A stretch of DNA of 64,000 nucleotides, from the NCBI GenBank assembly GCA_913057895.1, contig CAJXOH010000001.1:110584-174583 (forward strand), in the 5' to 3' direction. Shown here in pieces: positions 1 through 9,757 of the stretch; the first letter of the stretch is position 1, and each line of letters starts with the position of its first letter. This DNA is from an uncultured Bacteroidota bacterium (GTDB lineage: Bacteria > Bacteroidota > Rhodothermia > Balneolales > Balneolaceae). The position numbers and the translations under genes were made by a program. The notes beneath the pieces were generated by a model that saw only the letters and a list, made by a program, of their open reading frames with translations, made no database searches and was not told the origin of the DNA.

Positions 1-96
1 CAGCTTATGGACGATCCTAATTTCTTAGCTGGAGATATGTATACCCGTTATTTAGAAGACGAATTTACCTTTAAACCTGAAGAGGAATCCTCATGA
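1..96 (+). CDS. 3' end of a biotin carboxylase-type (ATP-grasp) carboxylase subunit, partial; 5' end lies outside the window
   Basis: The frame is open from base 1 and reads QLMDDPNFLAGDMYTRYLEDEFTFKPEEESS, with stop TGA at 94-96. The D-x-NF-x-x-G-...-YLE tail resembles the C-terminal end of AccC-type biotin carboxylases (recalled, not aligned). The stop overlaps the gcvH ATG (ATGA). Confidence 0.5.
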   Translation, partial: QLMDDPNFLAGDMYTRYLEDEFTFKPEEESS

Positions 97-473
97 ATAC
101 ACCTGACGACGTAAAATACACGAAGAATCATGAGTGGGTTCGCAAACATGATGATGGAACAGCCACGGTTGGCATTACGGACTTTGCCCAAAATGAACTT
201 GGAGATATTGTTTACGTAGAAGTGGAATCGGAAGGAGAAAGCTTTGAACTTGACGCTGTATTTGGCTCTATCGAAGCTGTAAAGACTGTAAGTGATTTGT
301 ATTGCCCAATGTCAGGGGAAGTTTTGGAAGTGAACGGCGAATTGGATGGAAATCCCGAGTTGGTCAATGAAGATCCTTACGGGGAAGGATGGATTATCAA
401 ATTAAAGCTCAGTGCCCCAGAGGAATGGGATGAACTCCTTACCGCAGAAGGGTATCAAGCGATAATCTCCTAA
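93..473 (+). CDS. gcvH: glycine cleavage system protein H
   Basis: 126 aa. It has a GcvH-type N-terminus (YTKNHEWV), the lipoyl-lysine motif IEAVKTVSD and the GEGWIIK end motif. Confidence 0.95.
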   Translation: MNTPDDVKYTKNHEWVRKHDDGTATVGITDFAQNELGDIVYVEVESEGESFELDAVFGSIEAVKTVSDLYCPMSGEVLEVNGELDGNPELVNEDPYGEGWIIKLKLSAPEEWDELLTAEGYQAIIS

Positions 474-479
474 GCCTTT

Positions 480-2045
480 ATGTCCATCCCCCATCAAGAT
501 TGGATTCTCATCCTTGATTTTGGTTCTCAGTACACTCAACTGATCGCTAGACGCATACGTGAGCATCACGTATACTGCGAGATCCATCCTTATAGTGTAA
601 CGCCTGATGAATTTGGTGAGCGTCCACCTAAGGGAGTCATTTTTTCTGGTGGTCCCAATAGTGTATACGACGAAGGTGCACCTCAGGTCAGTGACGCATG
701 GCTCGATTATAAAACCCCACATTTAGGCATTTGCTATGGTTTACAGGCCATTGCACATGCCCGAACTCCTGGTTCTGTGGAACGAGCTCAAAAACGTGAA
801 TTTGGACGTGCGACACTCGTTAAGGAGATAGATGACCCATTATTTGATGGGCTAGAAGATCCTACTGTATGGATGTCACATGGTGATCACATTATGGAAT
901 TACCAAAAGGTTTAGAGGTGATTGCACGAACCGATAACGCTCCTGTCGCTGCTGTTCGAGATGTTGAAAAGCAGGTTTATGGTCTACAATTTCACCCTGA
1001 GGTAGCTCACACTCCTAGCGGTAAGCAGATCTTAAAGAATTTTGTGATCGACATATGTGGATGTAATCCTACTTGGACACCAGCATCATTTATAGATCAT
1101 GAATTGGAAGCGATTAGACAAAAGGTAGGCAATGATCGTGTGTTATGTGCCCTCTCCGGTGGTGTAGACTCTACAGTGGTAGCAACAATCATTCACAAGG
1201 CTATTGGGGATCAGTTAACCTGTGTGTTTGTCAACAATGGTCTTCTTCGAGAAAGTGAGTATGAAGATGTGCTGACCCTTTATAAGGATCACCTTGAACT
1301 TCCTGTGGTTGGAGTAGATGCCTCTTCCCTCTTTCTTGATCGATTGAGTGGAGTAAGTGACCCAGAGGAAAAGCGAAAAATAATTGGTAAAACGTTCATC
1401 GATGTGTTTGATGAATTCGTCAACAAAGAATCCTCGGATTCAACCAACGACCCATTTCGATATCTGGCACAGGGTACACTGTACCCTGATGTGATTGAAA
1501 GTGTCTCGTTTAAAGGGCCATCAGTGACTATTAAAAGTCACCATAATGTTGGTGGTCTACCTGAAAAAATGAACTTAAAGCTTTTAGAGCCCGTACGTGA
1601 GTTGTTTAAGGACGAAGTGCGCGATGTTGGGCGCGAGCTCGATATCCCGGAGCGCTTTATTGCTAGACATCCGTTTCCAGGTCCAGGGTTAGCCATTCGA
1701 TTGCTAGGTGAAATTACCGAAGAGCGTCTTGAAATCCTTCGCAAAGCCGATTCGATTTTTATTGGCGCATTGCGTGAGAAAGGGTTTTATGATGATGTAT
1801 GGCAAGCGTTGTGTGTGTTATTGCCTGTTCAATCAGTGGGAGTAATGGGTGATGAACGTACCTATGAGAATACCGTGGCGGTTCGGGCCGTTACATCCGT
1901 AGATGGAATGACTGCTGATTGGGCTCACCTACCCTATGACTTCCTTAGCGAGGTTTCAAACCGAATTATTAATGAAGTAAAAGGGATTAATCGAGTGGTC
2001 TACGATATTAGCTCAAAACCCCCTGCAACAATAGAATGGGAATAA
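480..2045 (+). CDS. guaA: GMP synthase (glutamine-hydrolysing)
   Basis: 521 aa. It has a class-I amidotransferase domain ([11 protein letters not shown]), the ATP-pyrophosphatase P-loop SGGVDSTV and the typical C-terminus KPPATIEWE. Confidence 0.97.
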   Translation: MSIPHQDWILILDFGSQYTQLIARRIREHHVYCEIHPYSVTPDEFGERPPKGVIFSGGPNSVYDEGAPQVSDAWLDYKTPHLGICYGLQAIAHARTPGSVERAQKREFGRATLVKEIDDPLFDGLEDPTVWMSHGDHIMELPKGLEVIARTDNAPVAAVRDVEKQVYGLQFHPEVAHTPSGKQILKNFVIDICGCNPTWTPASFIDHELEAIRQKVGNDRVLCALSGGVDSTVVATIIHKAIGDQLTCVFVNNGLLRESEYEDVLTLYKDHLELPVVGVDASSLFLDRLSGVSDPEEKRKIIGKTFIDVFDEFVNKESSDSTNDPFRYLAQGTLYPDVIESVSFKGPSVTIKSHHNVGGLPEKMNLKLLEPVRELFKDEVRDVGRELDIPERFIARHPFPGPGLAIRLLGEITEERLEILRKADSIFIGALREKGFYDDVWQALCVLLPVQSVGVMGDERTYENTVAVRAVTSVDGMTADWAHLPYDFLSEVSNRIINEVKGINRVVYDISSKPPATIEWE

Positions 2046-3703
2046 TGTGTGTCGCACTAGATTATAGACAGATTACACGTTGTTTGTGTGTCATTCTCTT
2101 GTGTACTTGGATGGTCGTTGACATAGCCAATGCTCAACAGTATGATAGCCAACGAGATTTATCGTTTGATCGTGGAATTGTCGCATACAATCAAGGCGAA
2201 TACACAGAAGCGTTGGGCTATTTTGCATCCTCCAATTCTCCTGTGGCACCATTTTTTGAGATTAAAACAAAGGTTGCATCTCAGCAATGTGAAGAAGCGA
2301 TGGTACTGCTTCGATCATATACTCCACCTACACGAGGACTTAGTGACTCAGATCGAGAATTGATTCGCCATGAAAGCCGTGTGTTGCGTGCGTTGTGTCA
2401 AGTACAAGCAAGACAATTTTCTTTGGCTACGATCACACTAACCCATGCATTGCGTGAACCTTTGTCCTCGACACTTCGGATAGACTTGGAAAATCGACTA
2501 CAAAGCTTACTCCCGTTTCTATTGGATCATGAATGGTCTATTCTTGAATCTGCAGATTTTACCCCAGAGGAGTATGAAAAGCTTCGACAGTACAGAGAGC
2601 GTCCAGCTTCATTGCCACTTGGATTTACCTACAGAATTGGCGTCTATCTCCCCTTTTCAGATCCAGATGAAGGTCTTCAATCCATAATACGATCGTTGGC
2701 TAGGGGTTTGACTCTTGCAGTAGAGCAAGCAAACTCATCTAAACCTCTTATACATCTTGAGTATATAGATAGTTACCAGATACCAGCCAATCAAGTAGGA
2801 CCTGCTCTTGATTCTTTACAGATTGACTTGATGATTGGTCCCCTATTTACCTCCGATGCTCAAAGTACGTTTTCATCCTTAGCTGCACGACAGATACCTT
2901 CAATCATTCCCTTTTCAGGCGCACTTCCATTGCAAGATGCTGGTTCACCCTATTTCCAATGGGAGCCTCCACTTACAGTCCATGCATCAAAGATGGCAAC
3001 CTATGCTTATGAAACATTAGGGATTGATACAGTATCGATATTAAGTGATCGCAACTCAGATGGGTATGTCGCATCGCAAATTTTTCGAAATGAATTTTCA
3101 TCGCTAGGAGGCGTGGTACTCGATACGTACTTCGAAGATTTCGCGGCTAATGGCTTTGAACTTGACGAGTTTACTGAAAAATTGGATCCACAGTGGTGGT
3201 TGGATCAATTAAATACACCCGATTCACTAAAGGAATCGTTTCTACCCTACATTGAAGAGTATCCAGATGCAATCTATGCACCTTTAGACGGCCCTTATGA
3301 ATCAACACTTATTCCTTTACTGTCGAATTCACTTGATGCATTAGACGCCAATATCCCCATTCTTGGCACCCCAGCATGGTTGGCGCCTCAAAACCAATCT
3401 GCTTCTACATCGTCACTTACCATTATCGCCAGTGAATCAAGCCAATTCGCTCCAGACTCTATACAATCTGCATTGTTAGATTCCTTATTTGAACAACGTT
3501 ATGGAGACGTAGCATCCAATAACTATTGGTTAGATGGCTATGATCTAGGGATGTTCCTTGGTCAATTCATTGAATCTGAACCTCACCCCTCTGAGTTTTT
3601 TGAATTACTTAGAACGCAACGCTTCAGAGGGATTCTCCGAGAGCTTCATTTTGATGGTACCGCGACCAATCAATCCATTCAAATCATACGACGCGATCCT
3701 TAG
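2036..3703 (+). CDS. secreted TPR-like + type-I periplasmic-binding-fold protein (LppC/LpoA-like architecture), function unknown
   Basis: 555-aa ORF with a signal-like N-terminus ([18 protein letters not shown]). A TPR-like segment ([14 protein letters not shown]) is followed by [11 protein letters not shown]...[10 protein letters not shown], which is typical of the first beta-alpha unit of Peripla_BP_6/LppC proteins. The start may be the ATG at 2045, which overlaps the guaA stop as TAATG. Confidence 0.5.
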   Translation: MGIMCVALDYRQITRCLCVILLCTWMVVDIANAQQYDSQRDLSFDRGIVAYNQGEYTEALGYFASSNSPVAPFFEIKTKVASQQCEEAMVLLRSYTPPTRGLSDSDRELIRHESRVLRALCQVQARQFSLATITLTHALREPLSSTLRIDLENRLQSLLPFLLDHEWSILESADFTPEEYEKLRQYRERPASLPLGFTYRIGVYLPFSDPDEGLQSIIRSLARGLTLAVEQANSSKPLIHLEYIDSYQIPANQVGPALDSLQIDLMIGPLFTSDAQSTFSSLAARQIPSIIPFSGALPLQDAGSPYFQWEPPLTVHASKMATYAYETLGIDTVSILSDRNSDGYVASQIFRNEFSSLGGVVLDTYFEDFAANGFELDEFTEKLDPQWWLDQLNTPDSLKESFLPYIEEYPDAIYAPLDGPYESTLIPLLSNSLDALDANIPILGTPAWLAPQNQSASTSSLTIIASESSQFAPDSIQSALLDSLFEQRYGDVASNNYWLDGYDLGMFLGQFIESEPHPSEFFELLRTQRFRGILRELHFDGTATNQSIQIIRRDP

Positions 3704-3721
3704 TCGCTCGACCCACCGATT

Positions 3722-4771
3722 TCACTCGAGAGCTCGTTCCCGCTCGCGTTTCAAGCGCCTTTGCTCTGCTCGCCACTGTTGCCATAACTCAACGTCTGCC
3801 AGGTGTTCAGCATAGGTTTCGTTGAATTCGTGCGTTCGTTCAGGAGTCGCCACCATATAGAGGTAGTCATGTTTTTCTGCATTGTAAATGGACTCAATGC
3901 TTGATTGCGATGGATTGGTAATAGGTGAAGGTGGTAACCCGCGAAATAAATAGGTGTTATATGGATGTTGGACACGATAATCCTCGTATAACAAGGCTCT
4001 TCGTTCTCCCACAGCGAAATTGACCGTTGGGTCTGCCTGAAGTCTCATTCCTCGTTGGAGTCGATTCAAATAAAGACCACTGATCGTGGGTTTTTCATCA
4101 TCATACAGTGCCTCCCATTCTGTAATGGAGGCAAGAGTTAGCACGTCGAAAAAACTCATTTCATTTACAGATGGATGAACATCATCTGCTGAAATTCTTT
4201 CTTGATGACGTTGCTCTAATACATTCATCGGTTCAAGTAATCGCTGCCAAAGCTCATCTTCAGGGATCGTCCAAAATACAGTATGATTCACTGGAAGAAT
4301 GCGACTAAACAGAGTCATTCTTTCTGCTTCAGGGTATCCTTCTATCATAGACTCAAAGCTAGATGCAATGCTAGCTGAATCTGTGCGTAAGGTGTTGCCA
4401 AGTAGTTGAAATAGACGCTCTGGCGTCGTCCCAATTGGAATTGTGAGTGTGACTTGTTGCTGCAATCCTAACCCTAGATCTCTTAGCCAGGATGAAATCG
4501 GGGTATGGCGTCCAAGTTCATAATATCCTGGACGAGCTTGATTCCAACCATGCGTCCTACTGATCCACGTGAATTCCTCTATAGATATCGCTAAAACATT
4601 TCGATCTATAAGTTCACCGGCAATCTCGGTCATAGGTGTACGCTCTGTCACTACTAAGGTGATAGGCTCTTCCCCTTCGCTTGAAATAATCGCATCCTTG
4701 GTATGCAATCGTTCGTTGCGACTCCAAAATACTGCGAGTAATAAAACAGAGAAAACAACTCTGTGAATCAT
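3722..4771 (-). CDS. mltG: endolytic murein transglycosylase MltG (YceG family)
   Basis: 349 aa with an N-terminal TM helix. YceG signature: LQADPTVNFAVGE...HPYNTYLFRGLPPSPITNPS...YLYMVA. Confidence 0.9.
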   Translation of the reverse strand: MIHRVVFSVLLLAVFWSRNERLHTKDAIISSEGEEPITLVVTERTPMTEIAGELIDRNVLAISIEEFTWISRTHGWNQARPGYYELGRHTPISSWLRDLGLGLQQQVTLTIPIGTTPERLFQLLGNTLRTDSASIASSFESMIEGYPEAERMTLFSRILPVNHTVFWTIPEDELWQRLLEPMNVLEQRHQERISADDVHPSVNEMSFFDVLTLASITEWEALYDDEKPTISGLYLNRLQRGMRLQADPTVNFAVGERRALLYEDYRVQHPYNTYLFRGLPPSPITNPSQSSIESIYNAEKHDYLYMVATPERTHEFNETYAEHLADVELWQQWRAEQRRLKRERERALE

Positions 4772-5103
4772 ATCTGACGTTGAAGATCCATGGCAATCTT
4801 CATGTTAGCCTGAAGAGCGAGTCCACGAAAATTAAATAGGTCAACGATGGTACCAATAAAACATAAACCGAGTGTGAGAAGGTATAAAATCCCGCTCCCA
4901 GGCTTTTCTATGAAGATTCGGTGAATTCCAGCAATCCCAAAAAATCCCAATAAACAGAGGATTAAAATCATTACAGGGTCTTTACGTTGAGCTCTATAGA
5001 CAATAGCAAACGTTTCCGCTTTTTGCTCGGTCATCGGATTTATAATGGCATGGATCATCTTTGCCTCTTCTCCCCGTAACTCTGGTAATTGTCGTACAAA
5101 CAT
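4768..5103 (-). CDS. TM2 domain-containing membrane protein
   Basis: 111 aa with two hydrophobic helices and a TM2-like core (LLGFFGIAGIHRIFIEKPGSGILYLLTLG). Its stop overlaps the mltG ATG (ATGA on the minus strand). Confidence 0.7.
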   Translation of the reverse strand: MFVRQLPELRGEEAKMIHAIINPMTEQKAETFAIVYRAQRKDPVMILILCLLGFFGIAGIHRIFIEKPGSGILYLLTLGLCFIGTIVDLFNFRGLALQANMKIAMDLQRQI

Positions 5104-5257
5104 GGTTAAGTATAGTGCTAAATGAATAGAACTTGTACGCCTTTTTTATCTAAAATGTTACAAATCAATGAAATATCTGTATACTATGTCCAATAATGGT
5201 GTTTAGGACACGCGGTAACACCTGCGAGTAGAAGCATCGGGAATAAAACAATGAAGC

Positions 5258-5470
5258 ATGAGTGATAGAGAAGTAGGAACAGTTAAGTGGTTCCATAATG
5301 GTAAAGGATATGGATTCATTACACGTGAAAACGGTGATGATATTTTTGTCCACTTTAGTGAAATTCAGACAGACGGATTCAAAAAACTCCTTGAAGGTCA
5401 AAAAGTTGAGTTTGTTCTAGGCGAAGGAGACAAAGGTCTTCATGCCTGTGAAGTCGTCCCTGTAGACTAA
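5258..5470 (+). CDS. cold-shock protein (CspA family)
   Basis: 70 aa. RNP1/RNP2 motifs: [15 protein letters not shown] and DIFVHFSEI. Confidence 0.95.
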   Translation: MSDREVGTVKWFHNGKGYGFITRENGDDIFVHFSEIQTDGFKKLLEGQKVEFVLGEGDKGLHACEVVPVD

Positions 5471-5533
5471 CACCCCCTTTATTTTGTCTTTAGGTTCCTA
5501 TATTGCAACTTTTAAGATTGCACGTGGGAACCT

Positions 5534-6874
5534 ATGGACATAGTAAGAGGACTCTTAGGTATCATCTCCATTCTGGGGATTGCCTGGCTTTTTAGCACAC
5601 ACAAGACGAAAATTTCGTGGCGCTTGGTTATTACTGCACTATCCATGCAGTTTATCCTGGCATTCTTGTTGCTTAAACATGAGTTTTTGAGCTCTATTTG
5701 GGCACCATTGGGCTGGCCAAAAGAGATATTTGGCTTCATATCTGGCTTTTTTGTGGTTGTCCTTGAGTTTACAACTGAAGGAGCCGTCTTTTTATTTGGG
5801 GATCTTGCGAAGTCTCCTGGTGTTGAAGGGAGTCTAGGTTCATTCTTTGCATTCCAGGTCCTACCTACCATTGTATTTTTCGCATCCTTAACTGCGATTC
5901 TTTATCACTACAATGTATTGCAGTGGGTTGTGAAAAGAATATCCAAACTTGTTCAGAAGGCTTTAAAAACGTCTGGCGCTGAATCTTTATCCGTCATCAC
6001 CAATATTTTTGTAGGTCAAACCGAGGCTCCATTGGTGATCAAGCCATTTTTGCCCTCAATGACACGTTCAGAGCTTCTTGCAATTATGACGGGTGGTATG
6101 GCCACCATAGCAGGTGGTGTAATGGCTGCTTATGTACAAATGCTTGGGAATTCCTATGCCATTACGATGGACGTATCCTTGCAAGCAGGCCGATTGTTAT
6201 TTGCAGAGCAATTGCTAAGTGCCAGCCTCATGGCGGCACCTGCAGCACTGTTGATTGCCAAAATTATGATTCCCGAAACCAATGAACCTGTAACCTATGG
6301 AGATGTATCCATCGATATACCCAAATCAGAAGCGAATGGTATAGACGCCGCCGCATCTGGTGCTGGAACAGGGCTCAAGTTAGCAGCCAATGTAGGAGCC
6401 ATGTTATTGGCATTTATAGCGCTATTAGCAATGTTTAATTATACTCTTGAGTGGTTTTCAACCATAACCTCTCTCAATCAATTTCTACCAGGTGGCGAGC
6501 CATTAACCATTCAAACCATCTTAGGGTGGCTCTTCTTCCCTATAGCATGGCTCATTGGAGTACCCCTTCAAGATTGTTTAGAGTTTGGTTCATTAATTGG
6601 CACAAAACTCGTCTTGAATGAATTTGTAGCGTATCTTGATTTGTCTACACTCATAGGCGCCAATACGTTGTCACCCAAAACAATAACGATGGCAACGTTT
6701 GCGTTGTGTGGGTTTGCGAACTTCTCTTCCATTGCAATCCAAATTGGTGGCATTGGAAGTTTAGCGCCAAATAAAAAATCTGAGATTGCTTCATTAGGGT
6801 TACGAGCCGTACTTGCTGGATCGCTTGCAACGTTATTGACAGCATCTATTGCAGGTTTATTTGTTGGCTCTTAA
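5534..6874 (+). CDS. nupC: concentrative nucleoside transporter (NupC/NupG CNT family)
   Basis: 446-aa polytopic membrane protein. CNT motifs: [44 protein letters not shown]. Confidence 0.88.
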   Translation: MDIVRGLLGIISILGIAWLFSTHKTKISWRLVITALSMQFILAFLLLKHEFLSSIWAPLGWPKEIFGFISGFFVVVLEFTTEGAVFLFGDLAKSPGVEGSLGSFFAFQVLPTIVFFASLTAILYHYNVLQWVVKRISKLVQKALKTSGAESLSVITNIFVGQTEAPLVIKPFLPSMTRSELLAIMTGGMATIAGGVMAAYVQMLGNSYAITMDVSLQAGRLLFAEQLLSASLMAAPAALLIAKIMIPETNEPVTYGDVSIDIPKSEANGIDAAASGAGTGLKLAANVGAMLLAFIALLAMFNYTLEWFSTITSLNQFLPGGEPLTIQTILGWLFFPIAWLIGVPLQDCLEFGSLIGTKLVLNEFVAYLDLSTLIGANTLSPKTITMATFALCGFANFSSIAIQIGGIGSLAPNKKSEIASLGLRAVLAGSLATLLTASIAGLFVGS

Positions 6875-6909
6875 TCAGAACCCTTTAAACACCATTTTAA
6901 TACATAACC

Positions 6910-8877
6910 ATGAGTTCATATCTGCGAGTATGTAAAAAGCTATCATACTCTATTGCAACGGGAATATTCTTTCTCCCGCTGTGTTTCTCAAACGTTGTAG
7001 AAGCACAATTTTTGTCAAATCGCCAGGCAGTTGCCTTTGTAGGTGATGAACCTATTACACAAGCAGAAGTACGATCCTTTTACGAGCAAAATTATCCACT
7101 TGAATCACCACATAAGGATTCCATCCGCTCTTTTTTAAAGGATTATGTCATATTCAGAGCGAAGCTGAAGGAAGCAGAAAAGATGGGCTTAGATCAAGAT
7201 CCAGCCTACCAAGAAGAAGTCTCTACATTTGCTGAATCGACCGCCCCCTCCTATTGGATTGAAAAAGGGATAAAAAATGAAATAATCGATCGCTTTCTCG
7301 AAAAACGCACGTCTGAACTCAAGGTACAGCACATACTCATACGCTTGCGACAAGATGCAACTGTTAGACAACTTAATGAAGTATCTGAAACCCTTTTACA
7401 AGCGCGACGTGACTGGCTTAACGGGGTACCATTTGATTCATTGAATGAAGCGATCTCTTCCAAAATTAACGGACGACCTGCCGGTGGCGAACTCCCTTGG
7501 TTTTCTGCAGGAGCAACGGTGATTGATTTTGAAGACGCAGCCTACGCAATGCCAGTAGGTGAAATTTCCGATCCAATCCGAACACAATTTGGCCTCCACA
7601 TTCTAAAGGTACTTGATAAACGACCAAGACATGCTGATCGTGAGGTTTCCCATGTCTTTTTCCCAAGTGCCAATGCTGATTCTACACGAATTGCAGAGGC
7701 TATGTCTGCACTTGAATCTGGTACACCTTGGGAAGAAGTAGTACAACGTTATTCTGCCGCTGCTAATCCAGCAAGTCCTGATGGTAGTATGGGGTTTGTT
7801 GGGTATGATATGCGTTATGCCGATAGTTTTGTCGATTTAGTGATGAACCTAGATCCTGATGCTCCATTTGAAGGCCCCCTTGAGTCACAATATGGCGTTC
7901 ATATCCTACGCTTAGATTCAATTCGTCACTATCAAACACAAGAAGAAGCACGCGAAGCCGCTGTCGAGACACTTGAACGATTGGCGTACTTTCAGATTGA
8001 CGAGGAAGATATAGATGAGCGTCTTTTGAACACTGATTTTGTTCGCAAGCATCAAGATGTTATTTCTTCCTTTACTCAGTGGCTATTAGATGGGTCTGAC
8101 TTTCAGTTACGTGAACTGGATCTCAAGGAGCCACTTGCTTCTGACGTGTTGGTTACAGTAGATCATCCAAGGTTTGAATCACTAGGAGTTCCGCCACTTG
8201 AGTTAACAACCTCGGACTACATAGACTGGTTGGTTGACCAAAAGGGAGCCACAAATCCAACAGATGTATCTCCTACTTGGTTAAATGAATACGTTAAAGA
8301 GTACCTTAGACCTCACCTCGTTGCGATGACTAGGATTCAATTCCCTGAATTTGACACATCGTTATTACAATACGAACGAGGCTTGCTGGTGTTCAATTAC
8401 AACGATCAAGCACTATGGAATCCCGTATATGCTGATACATCAAGTGTTTATGAGCATTTTGCTGCAAATCGGGATGCCTACCAATATGATAAGCGATATC
8501 ATTATACACTTTTGTCACATCCCGACGATTCTGTACTTTCGCAAGCGGTAGCAGAATTTGAGTTTAACCCTAACACTCGTTCTATTACCAGTGGCTTTGA
8601 AAGTCTCTATGCGATAGAGGACTCAACTCAGTTCGTAGAGTCTTTACCTTGGGCGGAATTGCCCAATCTTACCCCAGGTGAGGGTACATATGGCGTCAAA
8701 GTTCAAGACAAACCTGCATGGATCTATTTACATGATATATTACCACCACGCTTAATGACCTTTGAAGAGTCCTTCATGCGTGTGTTTAACGATATGCAAC
8801 CAGATCTTGAAGAGGCTTTGGAGAACAAATTAATGCAAGAGTATAATATTAAGATGAAACCTAGACGAATCCGGTAA
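6910..8877 (+). CDS. periplasmic peptidyl-prolyl isomerase / chaperone (parvulin domains, SurA/PpiD-like)
   Basis: 655 aa with a signal peptide. Two parvulin-like cores are present (LKVQHILIRL ... FGLHILKVLDKR, and YGVHILRLDS). Confidence 0.8.
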   Translation: MSSYLRVCKKLSYSIATGIFFLPLCFSNVVEAQFLSNRQAVAFVGDEPITQAEVRSFYEQNYPLESPHKDSIRSFLKDYVIFRAKLKEAEKMGLDQDPAYQEEVSTFAESTAPSYWIEKGIKNEIIDRFLEKRTSELKVQHILIRLRQDATVRQLNEVSETLLQARRDWLNGVPFDSLNEAISSKINGRPAGGELPWFSAGATVIDFEDAAYAMPVGEISDPIRTQFGLHILKVLDKRPRHADREVSHVFFPSANADSTRIAEAMSALESGTPWEEVVQRYSAAANPASPDGSMGFVGYDMRYADSFVDLVMNLDPDAPFEGPLESQYGVHILRLDSIRHYQTQEEAREAAVETLERLAYFQIDEEDIDERLLNTDFVRKHQDVISSFTQWLLDGSDFQLRELDLKEPLASDVLVTVDHPRFESLGVPPLELTTSDYIDWLVDQKGATNPTDVSPTWLNEYVKEYLRPHLVAMTRIQFPEFDTSLLQYERGLLVFNYNDQALWNPVYADTSSVYEHFAANRDAYQYDKRYHYTLLSHPDDSVLSQAVAEFEFNPNTRSITSGFESLYAIEDSTQFVESLPWAELPNLTPGEGTYGVKVQDKPAWIYLHDILPPRLMTFEESFMRVFNDMQPDLEEALENKLMQEYNIKMKPRRIR

Positions 8878-8880
8878 GAC

Positions 8881-9756
8881 GTGACAAATACATTCACACG
8901 ACTGGCTACTCTGTGTCTCCTAGGTTTGTTTATTATAGGTCAGGTTGGGTGCACTCCATCGAGTAATGGACCTTCTTCACCCGAAATCGTTGCATTGGTA
9001 GATAATCAGGTCTTAACGAAGCAAGACCTTAGAGAACAACTTATGCAAACACCGGGTGTTGTGGATACCCTAGCTTTTTACCGGAGTACTCAAAAAGCCT
9101 GGGTAGAACGAGAAATGATTCTTGCACATGCCAGATCGATTGGACTAGATAAGACGACTCGTTATCAAACACGACAACAAGATTTGTCTAAACAATTGCT
9201 CGAGGATGAATTTGCGATTTATTTGGATCAGTACCACAGTACTAATGTGGATATAACCCAAGAAGAGATTCAAGATTTTTATTTACAGAATCGTGATCGT
9301 TTTCAATTCGACGAGCCATGGTACCGAGTCCGCTTTGTTTCAACCAATTCATACCAAAATGCGTTGAATGCACGCACAGATTTATTGAATGGTCAACCAT
9401 GGGAAGAGATTGCTCAGGAATATAGTCTAGACCCTCAAGCAAGAATCCAGCAATCACAACAATTGAGACCGCAATCACAGTGGTTCTCTGACTTGCCACA
9501 ACTTCAATCGCTACTACGAGTGTTAGGGGTTACAGAGGTTTCAGATGTCTATCGAATTGGAGGGCGATGGCATTTTATACAAATAACTTCCCGACTTGAA
9601 GCTGGAGATGTCCCAGATTCAGAATGGAGCGCACAATGGATTGAAAGTTGGTTGCGTCAGCAGAAAAAAGATGCCCTAAATCAAGCCTATATGCGTAATT
9701 TGTTAGGCGAATTTGAGTCAGCTGGACGGGTTGAATTAAACCCACTCACAAAATGA
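8881..9756 (+). CDS. SurA N-terminal-domain-like lipoprotein (PPIase-associated chaperone paralog)
   Basis: 291 aa with a GTG start and lipoprotein signal LLGLFIIGQVGC. It sits between two PPIase genes. I could not see a clear parvulin catalytic core. Confidence 0.5.
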   Translation: MTNTFTRLATLCLLGLFIIGQVGCTPSSNGPSSPEIVALVDNQVLTKQDLREQLMQTPGVVDTLAFYRSTQKAWVEREMILAHARSIGLDKTTRYQTRQQDLSKQLLEDEFAIYLDQYHSTNVDITQEEIQDFYLQNRDRFQFDEPWYRVRFVSTNSYQNALNARTDLLNGQPWEEIAQEYSLDPQARIQQSQQLRPQSQWFSDLPQLQSLLRVLGVTEVSDVYRIGGRWHFIQITSRLEAGDVPDSEWSAQWIESWLRQQKKDALNQAYMRNLLGEFESAGRVELNPLTK

Positions 9757-9757
9757 T

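Noticed and set aside
1-92. A glycine riboswitch upstream of gcvH.
   Set aside because: The gcvH ATG overlaps the stop of the preceding coding region, so there is no non-coding leader.
2130-2363. Short alternative-frame ORFs inside annotated genes, for example 2130-2363, 3558-3815, 8351-8551, 33746-34110 and 34264-34770.
   Set aside because: They are nested in, or overlap, longer ORFs with clear family signatures. Their translations look like out-of-frame noise (Cys/His/Trp-rich, no domains).
5165-5401. A 78-aa minus-strand ORF overlapping the csp promoter and 5' coding region.
   Set aside because: It overlaps a clear cold-shock gene on the other strand and has no motifs or export signal. 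Its composition is that of AT-rich intergenic sequence.
5491-5532. The inverted repeat AGGTTCC...GGAACCT between csp and the nucleoside transporter gene, considered as a csp terminator.
   Set aside because: The loop is long (about 27 nt) and no U-tract follows. The 3' arm abuts the transporter ATG. It may affect translation initiation, but the evidence is too thin to call either way.
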